From NCBI GenBank assembly GCA_024274695.1, contig JAJSAI010000009.1, positions 1 through 18,225 on the forward strand: a stretch of DNA of 18,225 nt, written 5' to 3'. Origin of the DNA: an archaeon. GTDB lineage: Archaea; B1Sed10-29; JAJSAI01. Both the position numbers and the translations under genes were made by a program. Under the pieces are notes generated by a model. That model worked only from the letters and a program-made list of their open reading frames with translations, did not search any database and was not told where the DNA came from. Shown in pieces: positions 1-7,861 of the stretch. Numbering within the stretch: the stretch's first letter is position 1; the number at the start of each line of letters is the position of its first letter.

Positions 1-99
1 CAGGATGTTCCAGAGGGTACTCCTGGGATGGAGGTCGGAGCGCTCGTGGAAGGAGTCACCCCAGAAGACGTTCAGCTGAAGGAATACTCCTTTGAGTAA
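1..99 (+). CDS. 3' end of an upstream gene (partial); possibly an EF-Tu domain II-like beta-barrel protein
   Basis: Frame 1 is open from base 1 to TAA at 97-99 (QDVPEGTPGMEVGALVEGVTPEDVQLKEYSFE), has host-like codons and is followed by a T-run. The PGxxVG..VxGV motif only weakly recalls EF-Tu domain II. Confidence 0.5.
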   Translation, partial: QDVPEGTPGMEVGALVEGVTPEDVQLKEYSFE

Positions 100-100
100 T

Positions 101-114
101 CATTTTTTCTTTTC
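101..114 (+). terminator. Putative archaeal oligo-T terminator
   Basis: CATTTTTTCTTTTT lies just after the stop at 99. Confidence 0.4.
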
Positions 115-143
115 GCGCACCGTTTGAGGAGGGCGCATGACTC

Positions 144-2030
144 ATGAGGCTACTGCTGGTGCACGCGGACTACATAAACTTCAAGGCCAAGGAAAAAGCC
201 CTGAAAGCGGCTGAGGAGATCAAGGAAAAAGAACAGAGGGTAGAAGAGTGTCTCGTGGTTTTCACGGCTGCCGAGAAAACGGACGAGGGCAAGGAGGATG
301 TCGTGGCGCACAGGGCCGCGGGCCAGATAGCTTCTGATGCTGAAAAAGTGAAAGCAGAAAAGATAGTAGTGTACCCCTTCGTGCACCTGACCGACGGTCC
401 TGCAAAACCCGAGAGCGCCAGGAAGGCCCTGGACCTGCTCGTGAAAGAACTGCAAAAGAAGGAGGGGTTGCAGGTCTGGAAGGCGCCGTTCGGGTACTAC
501 AAGGAGTTTGAGCTAAAGTGCAAGGGACACCCTCTGGCAGAACTCAGCAGGAGAATAACTGCTGAGGCAGGAAAAGAGGAGGTCAGTGAGGCCCTGAAGG
601 CAGAAGAGAAAGCCAAGTCATACTGGTACGTTCTGGACCAAGAAGGTGTCCTGCACGAGATAAGCCTGAAGGACGAGGAGATAACGGGATACGATTTTTC
701 CAAGTACCCTAACCTTGAAAAGTTCGCGAGGTACGAGATGAAGAAAGTGAGGGCAGTAAAGCAAGAGCCGCCTCACGTCAGGTTCATGAGGGAACTGGAG
801 CTCGCGGACTACGAGCCCGGAAGCGATCCTGGGAACATGAGGTACTATCCCAAGGGAAGGCTAATAAAATCCCTGCTGGAGTACTACGTCACCAAAAGAG
901 TAATAGACTACGGCGGCGTGGAAATAGAAACACCAATAATGTACGACTTCGAGCACCCGACCCTCAAGAAGTACTTGAACAGGTTCCCCGCCAGGCAGTA
1001 CATAGTCTACTCTCCTAACAAGAAACTGTTCCTAAGGTTCGCAGCCTGCTTCGGGCAGTTCCTGACCGCCCACGACGCGGTCATCTCCTACCGGAACCTG
1101 CCCCTGAGACTGTACGAGCTCGCCAGGTACGCGTTCAGAGCAGAGCAGAGGGGAGAGCTCACAGGGCTCAGGAGGCTCAGAGCGTTCACGATGCCGGACT
1201 GCCACGCGCTCTGCGCTGACATACCCCAGGCAAAAGAGGAGATGATGGTCAGGTTCAAGTTCCAGAAGCAGCTGCAGACTGAAATAGGGTTCAAGATTCC
1301 TGAGGACTTCGAGCTTGCCATCAGGGTGACCAAGGACTTCTGGAACGAGAACAAGGACTTCGTGGTATCCCTCGTGAAGGAATGGGGCAAGCCGGCCCTC
1401 GTGGAAATGTGGGACAAGAGGTTCTTCTACTTCGTGCTCAAGTACGAGTGGAACTTCGTGGACGCCCTCGGCAAGGCCAGCGCGCTCAACACTGACCAGA
1501 TAGACGTGGAGAACGGGGAAAGGTACGACATAAGGTACACTGACAAGGACGGGTCCCAAAAGCATCCTGTCATACTGCACATGAGCCCGAGCGGGGCGAT
1601 AGAAAGAGTGATGTACGCAATGCTCGAGAAAGCATACTACGACCAGCAGGCTGGGAAGAAGCCCATGCTCCCACTATGGCTCTCTCCAACCCAGGTCAGG
1701 ATAATCCCAGTGTCAGAAAAACAGCTGGAGTACGCAAAGAGCCTGCTCCACGAGTTCGAGGGAGTGAGAGCAGACCTTGACGACACTGACGAGACCCTCG
1801 GTAAGAAAATCAGAAAAGCGGAGAAAGAATGGGTCCCGTACATTGCTGTGGTAGGAGAAAAGGAAGTGGAGTCAGGAACTCTTTCAGTCAGGATCAGGGA
1901 AACAGGCGAGCAGAAGCAGATGACTGCGCAAGAGCTGGCTGAACTGGTGCGGGAGAAGACAAAGGGCATGCCCTTCAAGAAGCTGTCTCTTCCAGTGTTC
2001 CTGAGCAAGAGGCCCGTGTTCGTGGGCTAA
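144..2030 (+). CDS. thrS: Threonine--tRNA ligase, archaeal type with N-terminal editing domain
   Basis: 628 aa. Archaeal editing domain ([39 protein letters not shown]), class II core ([46 protein letters not shown]) and anticodon-binding domain ([38 protein letters not shown]). SD-like GAGGAGGG at 126-133. Confidence 0.97.
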   Translation: MRLLLVHADYINFKAKEKALKAAEEIKEKEQRVEECLVVFTAAEKTDEGKEDVVAHRAAGQIASDAEKVKAEKIVVYPFVHLTDGPAKPESARKALDLLVKELQKKEGLQVWKAPFGYYKEFELKCKGHPLAELSRRITAEAGKEEVSEALKAEEKAKSYWYVLDQEGVLHEISLKDEEITGYDFSKYPNLEKFARYEMKKVRAVKQEPPHVRFMRELELADYEPGSDPGNMRYYPKGRLIKSLLEYYVTKRVIDYGGVEIETPIMYDFEHPTLKKYLNRFPARQYIVYSPNKKLFLRFAACFGQFLTAHDAVISYRNLPLRLYELARYAFRAEQRGELTGLRRLRAFTMPDCHALCADIPQAKEEMMVRFKFQKQLQTEIGFKIPEDFELAIRVTKDFWNENKDFVVSLVKEWGKPALVEMWDKRFFYFVLKYEWNFVDALGKASALNTDQIDVENGERYDIRYTDKDGSQKHPVILHMSPSGAIERVMYAMLEKAYYDQQAGKKPMLPLWLSPTQVRIIPVSEKQLEYAKSLLHEFEGVRADLDDTDETLGKKIRKAEKEWVPYIAVVGEKEVESGTLSVRIRETGEQKQMTAQELAELVREKTKGMPFKKLSLPVFLSKRPVFVG

Positions 2031-2060
2031 ACCTTTTAAATACTCTCTCTTCTTTATACT
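2026..2060 (+). promoter_or_regulatory. Putative BRE/TATA promoter of the pilus assembly operon
   Basis: CTAAACCTTTTAAATA overlaps the thrS stop (TTTAAA at 2035-2040), followed by an AT-rich TTATACT at 2054-2060. Spacing predicts a TSS near 2064. Confidence 0.6.
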
Positions 2061-2072
2061 CTGTTGAGTAGC

Positions 2073-3665
2073 ATGGGGTACCTTGACGAGCTTCTCAAGG
2101 AATCAGCAAAGGCAGTAGAAGAGGAAGAGAAGACGGAAGAGGTCAAAAAAGAAGAGGAGAAAAAGGAAGAGGTAAAAAGGGTCATAGAAGAAGCGGCTGC
2201 GGAAGAAAAGGCAGAAATAGAATACCTCGGGACCAAAACGCTCGTCGCGTCCTACGGTAACGTGAAAATATACAAGGTGGAAGGAGAACCCCTGCTCGTT
2301 TACACGATCCCAGTCATAAAACCCAAGGGCCCCGAAAAAATTCTCGTTAACACCATAAAAGAAGCGGCAACCCGGATAATCACTGTTTCTCCCGAGGAAA
2401 TCAGGGATCCTGAAAGAAGACGCAGGTTCTACTTCGAGAAAGTAAAAGAAATAATAGAGGGGAGTCCTGAGCTAGGGGTCCCGAAGACGAGGGTGGACTT
2501 CTACGCTGACATGGTAGTAAGAGAAATGATCGGCTACGGAATACTAGACCCGCTCGTGCAGGACGACAAGCTTGAAGACATAATGGTAATAGGTCCGGAA
2601 AAACCAGTTTACGTTGCGCACAGAGAATACGATATGATGAAAACCAATGTAATGTTCGCCAACGACGATGAGATAAAGAACATAATAGACAGGATAGCCA
2701 GGCAGGTTAACAGGAGGGTTGACCTGCAGACTCCCCTGCTGGACGCAAGGCTTCCTGACGGGAGCAGGGTGAACGCCACAATAAAACCAATATCCGTGGA
2801 CGGCAACACCCTGACCATAAGAAAGTTCAGGGAAGACCCGTACACTGTTATAGACCTGCTCAAGTTCGGGACGTTCACCCTTGACCTGGCCGCGTTCCTA
2901 TGGCTGGCAGTGGATGGCCTGGGGGCCAAGCCCGCAAACATAATCATTTCCGGAGGAACAGGCTCTGGGAAAACAACAACACTGAACGTGCTCTCCTCAT
3001 TCATCCCTCCGTCCGAGAGGGTTATAACCATAGAAGACACGGCGGAGCTCAAGCTGCCTCTAGAGCACTGGGTAAGGATGGAGACAAGGCCTCCGTCCAT
3101 AGAAGGGAAGGGAGAAGTGAGCATGGAAGTCCTTGTTAAGAACTCGCTCAGGATGAGGCCCGACAGGATAATAGTAGGAGAAATAAGGTACAAGGAAGCC
3201 CAGACCCTGTTCACCGCGATCAACACAGGGCACGACGGGAGCGCGGGAACAGTTCACGCTAACTCGGCTCACGAGACCGTGATAAGGGTAACCTCCCCGC
3301 CCATGAACGTTCCCGAAATAATGCTGGAAGGGCTTGACCTGATAGTCGTGCAGCAGAGGATCCACGATCGGAGGAAAGGGGTCATAAGAAGGGTTACAGA
3401 AGTGGCAGAAGTTACAGGGGTCATGGGAGGAAAACCGCAGATACAAGTAATATTCGAGAGAGACCCTGCCCTGGACACCATAAAAGCCACAGGCATTCCG
3501 AGCAAGTACGTACAAAAGCTCATGAGGTTCACCGGGCTCTCAAAAGCGGACATAGCGACCGAGATAGACAAGAGAAAGGAACTGCTCAAGTCACTTCTGG
3601 ACAGGGGAATAAGAAAACAGGAAGACGTGGTAAGAGAGCTCAGGAAGATCACGTCCCTAGAGTGA
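2073..3665 (+). CDS. Type IV pilus assembly ATPase, CpaF/TadA/VirB11 family
   Basis: Walker A GGTGSGKTT, Asp box ITIEDTAEL, Walker B LRMRPDRIIVGEIR, His box NTGHDGSAGTVHAN, plus DARLPDGSRVNAT and TLTIRKF. ATG 2073 preferred; TTG 2064 possible. Confidence 0.95.
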   Translation: MGYLDELLKESAKAVEEEEKTEEVKKEEEKKEEVKRVIEEAAAEEKAEIEYLGTKTLVASYGNVKIYKVEGEPLLVYTIPVIKPKGPEKILVNTIKEAATRIITVSPEEIRDPERRRRFYFEKVKEIIEGSPELGVPKTRVDFYADMVVREMIGYGILDPLVQDDKLEDIMVIGPEKPVYVAHREYDMMKTNVMFANDDEIKNIIDRIARQVNRRVDLQTPLLDARLPDGSRVNATIKPISVDGNTLTIRKFREDPYTVIDLLKFGTFTLDLAAFLWLAVDGLGAKPANIIISGGTGSGKTTTLNVLSSFIPPSERVITIEDTAELKLPLEHWVRMETRPPSIEGKGEVSMEVLVKNSLRMRPDRIIVGEIRYKEAQTLFTAINTGHDGSAGTVHANSAHETVIRVTSPPMNVPEIMLEGLDLIVVQQRIHDRRKGVIRRVTEVAEVTGVMGGKPQIQVIFERDPALDTIKATGIPSKYVQKLMRFTGLSKADIATEIDKRKELLKSLLDRGIRKQEDVVRELRKITSLE

Positions 3666-3678
3666 AAAAGGTGCTATA

Positions 3679-4848
3679 ATGGCTGACGTTGACGAACTGA
3701 AAAAACTCCTTGGCATGAGAAAAGAGCCGGAGAAAAAAGAAGAAAAAAAGCCAGAGCCCAAGCTAACCACGCCAGAGGAATCTCCTCCGGCCACAGGAGA
3801 AGAAATAGACGTTGAAGCCCTTTCTAAAATAGTTCAGAGGATGAGGGCCAAGTATGCTCCCAGGGAAGAAAAGAAGGGAGAGGAAATAAAAAGAATAATA
3901 GAAGCGGCCCCAGCAGTGGAGATCGCCAGGGGCAGGCCCGAGGAACTCAGCCTTGCTCCGGAAAAAGGAGTGCGGACAGTAGGAAAGGTCTACAGATCCC
4001 TGAGCCCCGTGATAAACGTTTTCCTGAAACCTTTCTCCAAGACAATGGGAGAAAGCCTGGGCAAAGACCTGGTGGCGTCAGGAAGCAGGTACACTGCAGA
4101 ACAGTGGCTCGCGCTCTCTCTCACCTCAGCCTTCATGGTCTTCATAGTGATGGTCCTGCTGGCCATGGGCATGATAGCAGGCAATGTCCTAAGCCCTGCC
4201 CTGAGCGTGCTGTTGGTAATAGGCGCGCCAGTACTCGTCTTCTTCATACTCCTCATGATTCCTGGAATGAAGGCAAGGTCAATCGCGGCCCAGATAGAAA
4301 AAGACCTTCCTTTCGCGCTCAGGCACATGAGCATAGAAATCAGGGCAGGAGTCGGAATATACAAGAGCATGGAATCAATCTCAAAATCGGACTACGGCAT
4401 GCTCTCACAGGGCTTCAGGAACGTGCTCCTGCAAATAGAAAAAGGAGTGCCAACAGAAGAAGCCCTCACCAAGTGGGCTGCGAGCACTAGGTCAGAGGCT
4501 CTTAAGAGGGTGGTGGCCCACATAGTCAGGGCCATCAGAACAGGAGGGAACCTGTCGGAAGTGATGATAACAATAGCAGATGACGTGGCCTTCGAGAAGA
4601 GGATGAAAATCGCAGACTTCGCCGAGAAACTGAACCTCATAGGACTGTTCCTGATGATGGGTGCGATAGTAATGCCCGTGCTCATAGGGATACTAACAGC
4701 AATAGGAAGCAGCCCGAGCATAAGCAGTCAGGTGGCGATGTTCAGCGTGTTCACCCCAGAAATGCTCTCGCTGTTCTACTTCCTGATAGCCCCCGCGTTC
4801 ATCCTAATGTTCCTGTTCTTCATAAAATCCACAGACCCCGGAACGTGA
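3679..4848 (+). CDS. Type II secretion system F / TadC-like pilus platform protein 1
   Basis: 389 aa. Two TM helices, a T2SSF domain (IEKDLPFALRHMSIEIRAGVG...IRTGGNLSEVM), then two more TMs. SD AGGTG upstream; directly follows the ATPase. Confidence 0.92.
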   Translation: MADVDELKKLLGMRKEPEKKEEKKPEPKLTTPEESPPATGEEIDVEALSKIVQRMRAKYAPREEKKGEEIKRIIEAAPAVEIARGRPEELSLAPEKGVRTVGKVYRSLSPVINVFLKPFSKTMGESLGKDLVASGSRYTAEQWLALSLTSAFMVFIVMVLLAMGMIAGNVLSPALSVLLVIGAPVLVFFILLMIPGMKARSIAAQIEKDLPFALRHMSIEIRAGVGIYKSMESISKSDYGMLSQGFRNVLLQIEKGVPTEEALTKWAASTRSEALKRVVAHIVRAIRTGGNLSEVMITIADDVAFEKRMKIADFAEKLNLIGLFLMMGAIVMPVLIGILTAIGSSPSISSQVAMFSVFTPEMLSLFYFLIAPAFILMFLFFIKSTDPGT

Positions 4849-5759
4849 TGCTCATGAACTTCATACGAAAGTACACCGAGACCCTCGAATACATAGGATG
4901 GAAAGCGAAAGCGCCAGTGATAATAGGAGGAGGGATTGCAGGAGCAGTAGCAGCAGTAATCCTCCTGGGCCTAACGTACGACATAGTCCTCGGGTTCCTG
5001 ATTGCGCTCACCCTGCTTGACATCTCCTTCGGGCTCCCGTTCTTCCTCGCGGACAAAAAACTCACGGAAATGGAGAGACGGCTTCCGGACGTGCTCGGGC
5101 ACATGAGTACCACCCTCAAGACAGGCGGGACAATAGAAATGGCCTTGAAGGAAGTCAGCAGGATGGACTACGGGCCCATAACCCCTGGAATGAGGCTGAT
5201 GCTCAAGAACATAAGAGAAGGGGTAACATTTGAAGAGGCCTTCAGGAGGTTCGCCGAGAACAGCAGGTCAGACCTGATCAAAAAAGCAGCCACCATAATC
5301 ATCTCCGCCAGGAGGAGCGGAGGAGCACTGACCGAGACCCTGAACGCCATGTCCCAGGACATCCGGGCCATGGAAAGACTGAACAGGGAAAGAAAGACCA
5401 AGACATTCATGCAGTTCTTGTTCCTGATAACCGCAGGGGTCCTGGTGGCGCCCCTCGTGTTCGGGATCGTGCACTCAGTGCTCATGATCCTAATACAGTC
5501 CTCAGGAGGCGGGGCCGCGGGTGTTGCCGTGACCCCAAGCAAGGGCCTCGCGTCCACGTACAACTTCCTGTTCAAGACCTACATCATAATAGAATCATCC
5601 CTCACGATGATGGGGGCAGTTCTCATAAGGGAGGGTAAGATAAGCAGGAGCGTATTATACGTTCCCCTCGCGGCAATGGCAGCGTACATAATATACACTG
5701 TGGTGGCCGCGGGGTTCATGAGCTTCATAGCCGGAGGAGGCATGATGGGAGGATTTTAA
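4848..5759 (+). CDS. Type II secretion system F / TadB-TadC-like pilus platform protein 2
   Basis: T2SSF domain (MERRLPDVLGHMSTTLKTGGTIE...RRSGGALTETLNAMSQDIR) with several TMs. The start overlaps the upstream stop (TGATG at 4846-4850). Confidence 0.92.
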   Translation: MLMNFIRKYTETLEYIGWKAKAPVIIGGGIAGAVAAVILLGLTYDIVLGFLIALTLLDISFGLPFFLADKKLTEMERRLPDVLGHMSTTLKTGGTIEMALKEVSRMDYGPITPGMRLMLKNIREGVTFEEAFRRFAENSRSDLIKKAATIIISARRSGGALTETLNAMSQDIRAMERLNRERKTKTFMQFLFLITAGVLVAPLVFGIVHSVLMILIQSSGGGAAGVAVTPSKGLASTYNFLFKTYIIIESSLTMMGAVLIREGKISRSVLYVPLAAMAAYIIYTVVAAGFMSFIAGGGMMGGF

Positions 5760-5760
5760 A

Positions 5761-5907
5761 ATGGACAATAAAGCCCAAGCTTCTCTGGAGTACCTGATAC
5801 TCGTGGCTGTGATAATCGCTATCGCCGCACTGGTGGCCTTCATGGTGAAAAGCACGGCAGGAGGCCAGGGAAAGGCGCTCGCAGAAGAAACCGGGACGAG
5901 CCCGTGA
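5761..5907 (+). CDS. Micro-pilin (48 aa) with class III signal peptide; absent from the ORF track
   Basis: Hand translation: MDNKA|QASLEYLILVAVIIAIAALVAFMVKSTAGGQGKALAEETGTSP*. It has the QxSxEY motif and a hydrophobic helix; the SD GGAGG lies in the last codons of the upstream gene. Confidence 0.9.
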   Translation: MDNKAQASLEYLILVAVIIAIAALVAFMVKSTAGGQGKALAEETGTSP

Positions 5908-5908
5908 A

Positions 5909-5962
5909 CAGAAATATATATAAATGATGTTAACCCTTTGTAAAACAACCGAGAGGTGGTGA
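5909..5962 (+). promoter_or_regulatory. Putative strong BRE/TATA promoter plus SD for the candidate major pilins
   Basis: CAGAAATATATATAAAT at 5909-5925 and SD GAGGTGGTGA at 5953-5962 ahead of ATG 5967. Confidence 0.7.
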
Positions 5963-5966
5963 AAAA

Positions 5967-6344
5967 ATGATTGGAAAGAGTAGGAAAGGACAAGGAGCCT
6001 TGGAGTACCTCATCATAATCGCGGGAGTCCTCGCGATAGCCGCTATCGTGGTATACTTCTTGTCAGGAGCAACAAACCCGCGGCAGACAGCGTTTTCAGC
6101 TTGTAGGAACGCTGCAGCCCAGTGCAGGCAGGCAAAGTTCTCTGACCCGACTTACGACTGCTACCCGGACTGTGTGAAAGCCTGCGCAGACCCGACAACG
6201 GGGCAGGATCTGCTGGATGGCACGCAGCTCGCGGGAGTCAGTGTTGACGATCTCAGGGACTGTGACACTTCAGGTTACACGAGCGCTTACTGTGCCTGCG
6301 TGAATGGGGACCTGTCCTACATCAGCAGCTCGAACGTACAATAA
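5967..6344 (+). CDS. Type IV pilin A (candidate major pilin) with Cys-rich head
   Basis: RKG|QGALEYLIIIAGVLAIAAIVVYFL class III signal; 8 Cys in the head; own promoter and strong SD. Confidence 0.9.
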   Translation: MIGKSRKGQGALEYLIIIAGVLAIAAIVVYFLSGATNPRQTAFSACRNAAAQCRQAKFSDPTYDCYPDCVKACADPTTGQDLLDGTQLAGVSVDDLRDCDTSGYTSAYCACVNGDLSYISSSNVQ

Positions 6345-6468
6345 AACCACTTAAAAAGAATAAAGAGGGTGCATGAACGTGATCACGCGCAAAAAAGGAC
6401 AAGGGGCCCTTGAGTACCTGATAATAATCGCTGGAGTGCTGGTGATATCAGCGCTCGTGGTATACTTC
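5985..6468 (+). repeat. Diverged direct repeat: 5985-6059 vs 6394-6468, the N-terminal helices of the tandem pilin paralogs
   Basis: Both copies read AAAGGACAAGG-GCC-T-GAGTACCT-AT-ATAATCGC-GGAGT...TCGTGGTATACTTC; many differences are at third codon positions. Confidence 0.8.
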
Positions 6469-6753
6469 ATAACAGTGTCCGGGGGCACAGGAGCAAAAAG
6501 GAACGTTGAAGCAGCGTGCCAGAACGCAGCCAGCCAGTGCGCTCTCAAGCTCCAGATGAAGCCGGACTTTGACTGCACTCAAATGTGCACGGACGCCTGT
6601 GTGGACCCCAGGACCGGGCAGGACATAATGGCAGACAAGCCCGCAGGCCAGCAGGCCGTTGACCTGTGCAAACAAGGCAAGTACGCTGACATCACGTACA
6701 CGTACACGCCAGGAGCGCAGACAACACAACAGAGCCAGCAGACTCAGAGCTGA
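6373..6753 (+). CDS. Type IV pilin B, paralog of pilin A, with Cys-rich head
   Basis: RKKG|QGALEYLIIIAGVLVISALVVYFI; 6 Cys; shares CxDPxTGQD with pilin A; Q/T/S-rich tail. Alternative start GTG 6379. Confidence 0.9.
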   Translation: MNVITRKKGQGALEYLIIIAGVLVISALVVYFITVSGGTGAKRNVEAACQNAASQCALKLQMKPDFDCTQMCTDACVDPRTGQDIMADKPAGQQAVDLCKQGKYADITYTYTPGAQTTQQSQQTQS

Positions 6754-6780
6754 GAAAACCCTGATCCACTAGCGCCACCT

Positions 6781-6801
6781 CTCTTTTTAACCTCCTTTTT
6801 C
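6781..6801 (+). terminator. Putative oligo-T terminator after the pilin pair; may double as the TATA box for the peptidase
   Basis: CTCTTTTTAACCTCCTTTTTC. TTTTAA at 6785-6790 is 30 nt before ATG 6815, which has no SD. Confidence 0.5.
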
Positions 6802-6814
6802 TAAATTCTTCTGC

Positions 6815-7837
6815 ATGATCAGCTTGGAGCACGCGCGGCTCTTGACCGCGCTCGCGCTCTTCGGTATAGCGAGCGCACAAGACCTCAGGACCAGGGAAGT
6901 CCCAGACTGGATTCCGCTCCTGCTCGCAGTTTCAGGGCTCGCGCTCGCAGGGGCTGAAGCGCTCGCAGTGCAGAGCATTCTGCCAGTCCTGTTAAGCGCG
7001 GGAATGCTCGTGCTTTGCTTCGCGTTCGCCTACGTGTTGTACAGGCTGGGCGCGTGGGCAGGCGGAGACGTGAAACTGTTCACGGGCCTGGGCGCAGTGC
7101 TACCCTCTTACTCTGGCATGCTGTTCTTTCCTTTCCTCGCGCTTGCCGCGAGCGCGCTCGCGGTATTCCCTTTCCTTGTTTTGTACGTGCTCGCAGGGTT
7201 CAGGAAACCGAGCGTGAGGAGAGAGTTCCTGAAAGAACTGAAAAAGGTTCCTGTCAGGTCCTGGCTCTCGGGATTCATCCTGTTCGCGGGAATAACCCTC
7301 TCAGAGTGGGCGGGCGTCCCCTACGCTTCTCTTGTGCTCGTGCCGGCAATGTACTACACGAGAAGACTTAACCTGTTCACGGTCCCGGCCGTATTCTCCT
7401 ACTCATTCTATCTTGATCCCTTCAGGACGCTGTCCATGCTCTCCTATTCTGTCCTGGTTTCCGCGGCATTCATTCTAGGAACTGTTTCTTTCCGGACCGC
7501 CAGGAAAACCGTGCTCAGGAGAAGAATTCCCGCGCGGGAAGCGCGGGAAGGAATGATTCCCGCAAAAGACTACTGGCTCCTGCCTGACGGCAGGATCATT
7601 ACAACAGAGCCCAGCTTGTTCGGTCCCAGGAAACAGGTTGGCAGGCTGCTTGCTGACTCCAGGAGCGCGGCAGGCCTCACCCCCGAACAAGCCGAAGAGA
7701 TCAGGAGGCTTGCAGGGCAAGGAAAGATCAAATGGTTTGAGGAAAAGCTCAGCATCCCGTTCGTGCCCGTGTTCGCTCTCGGGATACTGCTGGCAGCACT
7801 GTTTCCAGCGGTTTTCAGCATATTGAAAGCTATTTAA
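6815..7837 (+). CDS. Prepilin peptidase, A24 family, EppA-like
   Basis: 340 aa, multi-TM. Catalytic Asp motifs AQDLRTREVPD and AWAGGDVKLF; archaeal C-terminal region (AREGMIPA...GLTPEQAEEIRRL...IPFVPVFALG). Extra TMs relative to FlaK, and located among QxSxE-type pilins. Confidence 0.92.
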   Translation: MISLEHARLLTALALFGIASAQDLRTREVPDWIPLLLAVSGLALAGAEALAVQSILPVLLSAGMLVLCFAFAYVLYRLGAWAGGDVKLFTGLGAVLPSYSGMLFFPFLALAASALAVFPFLVLYVLAGFRKPSVRREFLKELKKVPVRSWLSGFILFAGITLSEWAGVPYASLVLVPAMYYTRRLNLFTVPAVFSYSFYLDPFRTLSMLSYSVLVSAAFILGTVSFRTARKTVLRRRIPAREAREGMIPAKDYWLLPDGRIITTEPSLFGPRKQVGRLLADSRSAAGLTPEQAEEIRRLAGQGKIKWFEEKLSIPFVPVFALGILLAALFPAVFSILKAI

Positions 7838-7860
7838 AATTAGGCTGTGTTATTATACTG
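7825..7860 (+). promoter_or_regulatory. Putative BRE/TATA promoter, probably giving a leaderless mRNA
   Basis: GAAAGCTATTTAAAAT (TTTAAA at 7833-7838), TTATACT at 7853-7859, and ATG 7862 29 nt after the TATA start with no SD. Confidence 0.6.
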
Positions 7861-7861
7861 G

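Noticed and set aside
5733-5759. GGGMMGGF tail of TadC2 resembling chaperonin GGM tails
   Set aside because: It is very short and is explained by the GGAGG SD needed for the micro-pilin at 5761.
6343-6358. Possible separate promoter (AAAACCACTTAAAAAG) for pilin B
   Set aside because: It is too close to the start codon and SD for normal TATA-to-TSS spacing; co-transcription with pilin A is simpler.
2073-7837. Archaellum operon (FlaI/FlaJ/FlaK) or a bacterial Tad/T2SS system
   Set aside because: There are no archaellin, FlaH, FlaF/G or secretin genes. Two TadC-like genes, Q+1 pilins and an EppA-sized peptidase fit an archaeal pilus.
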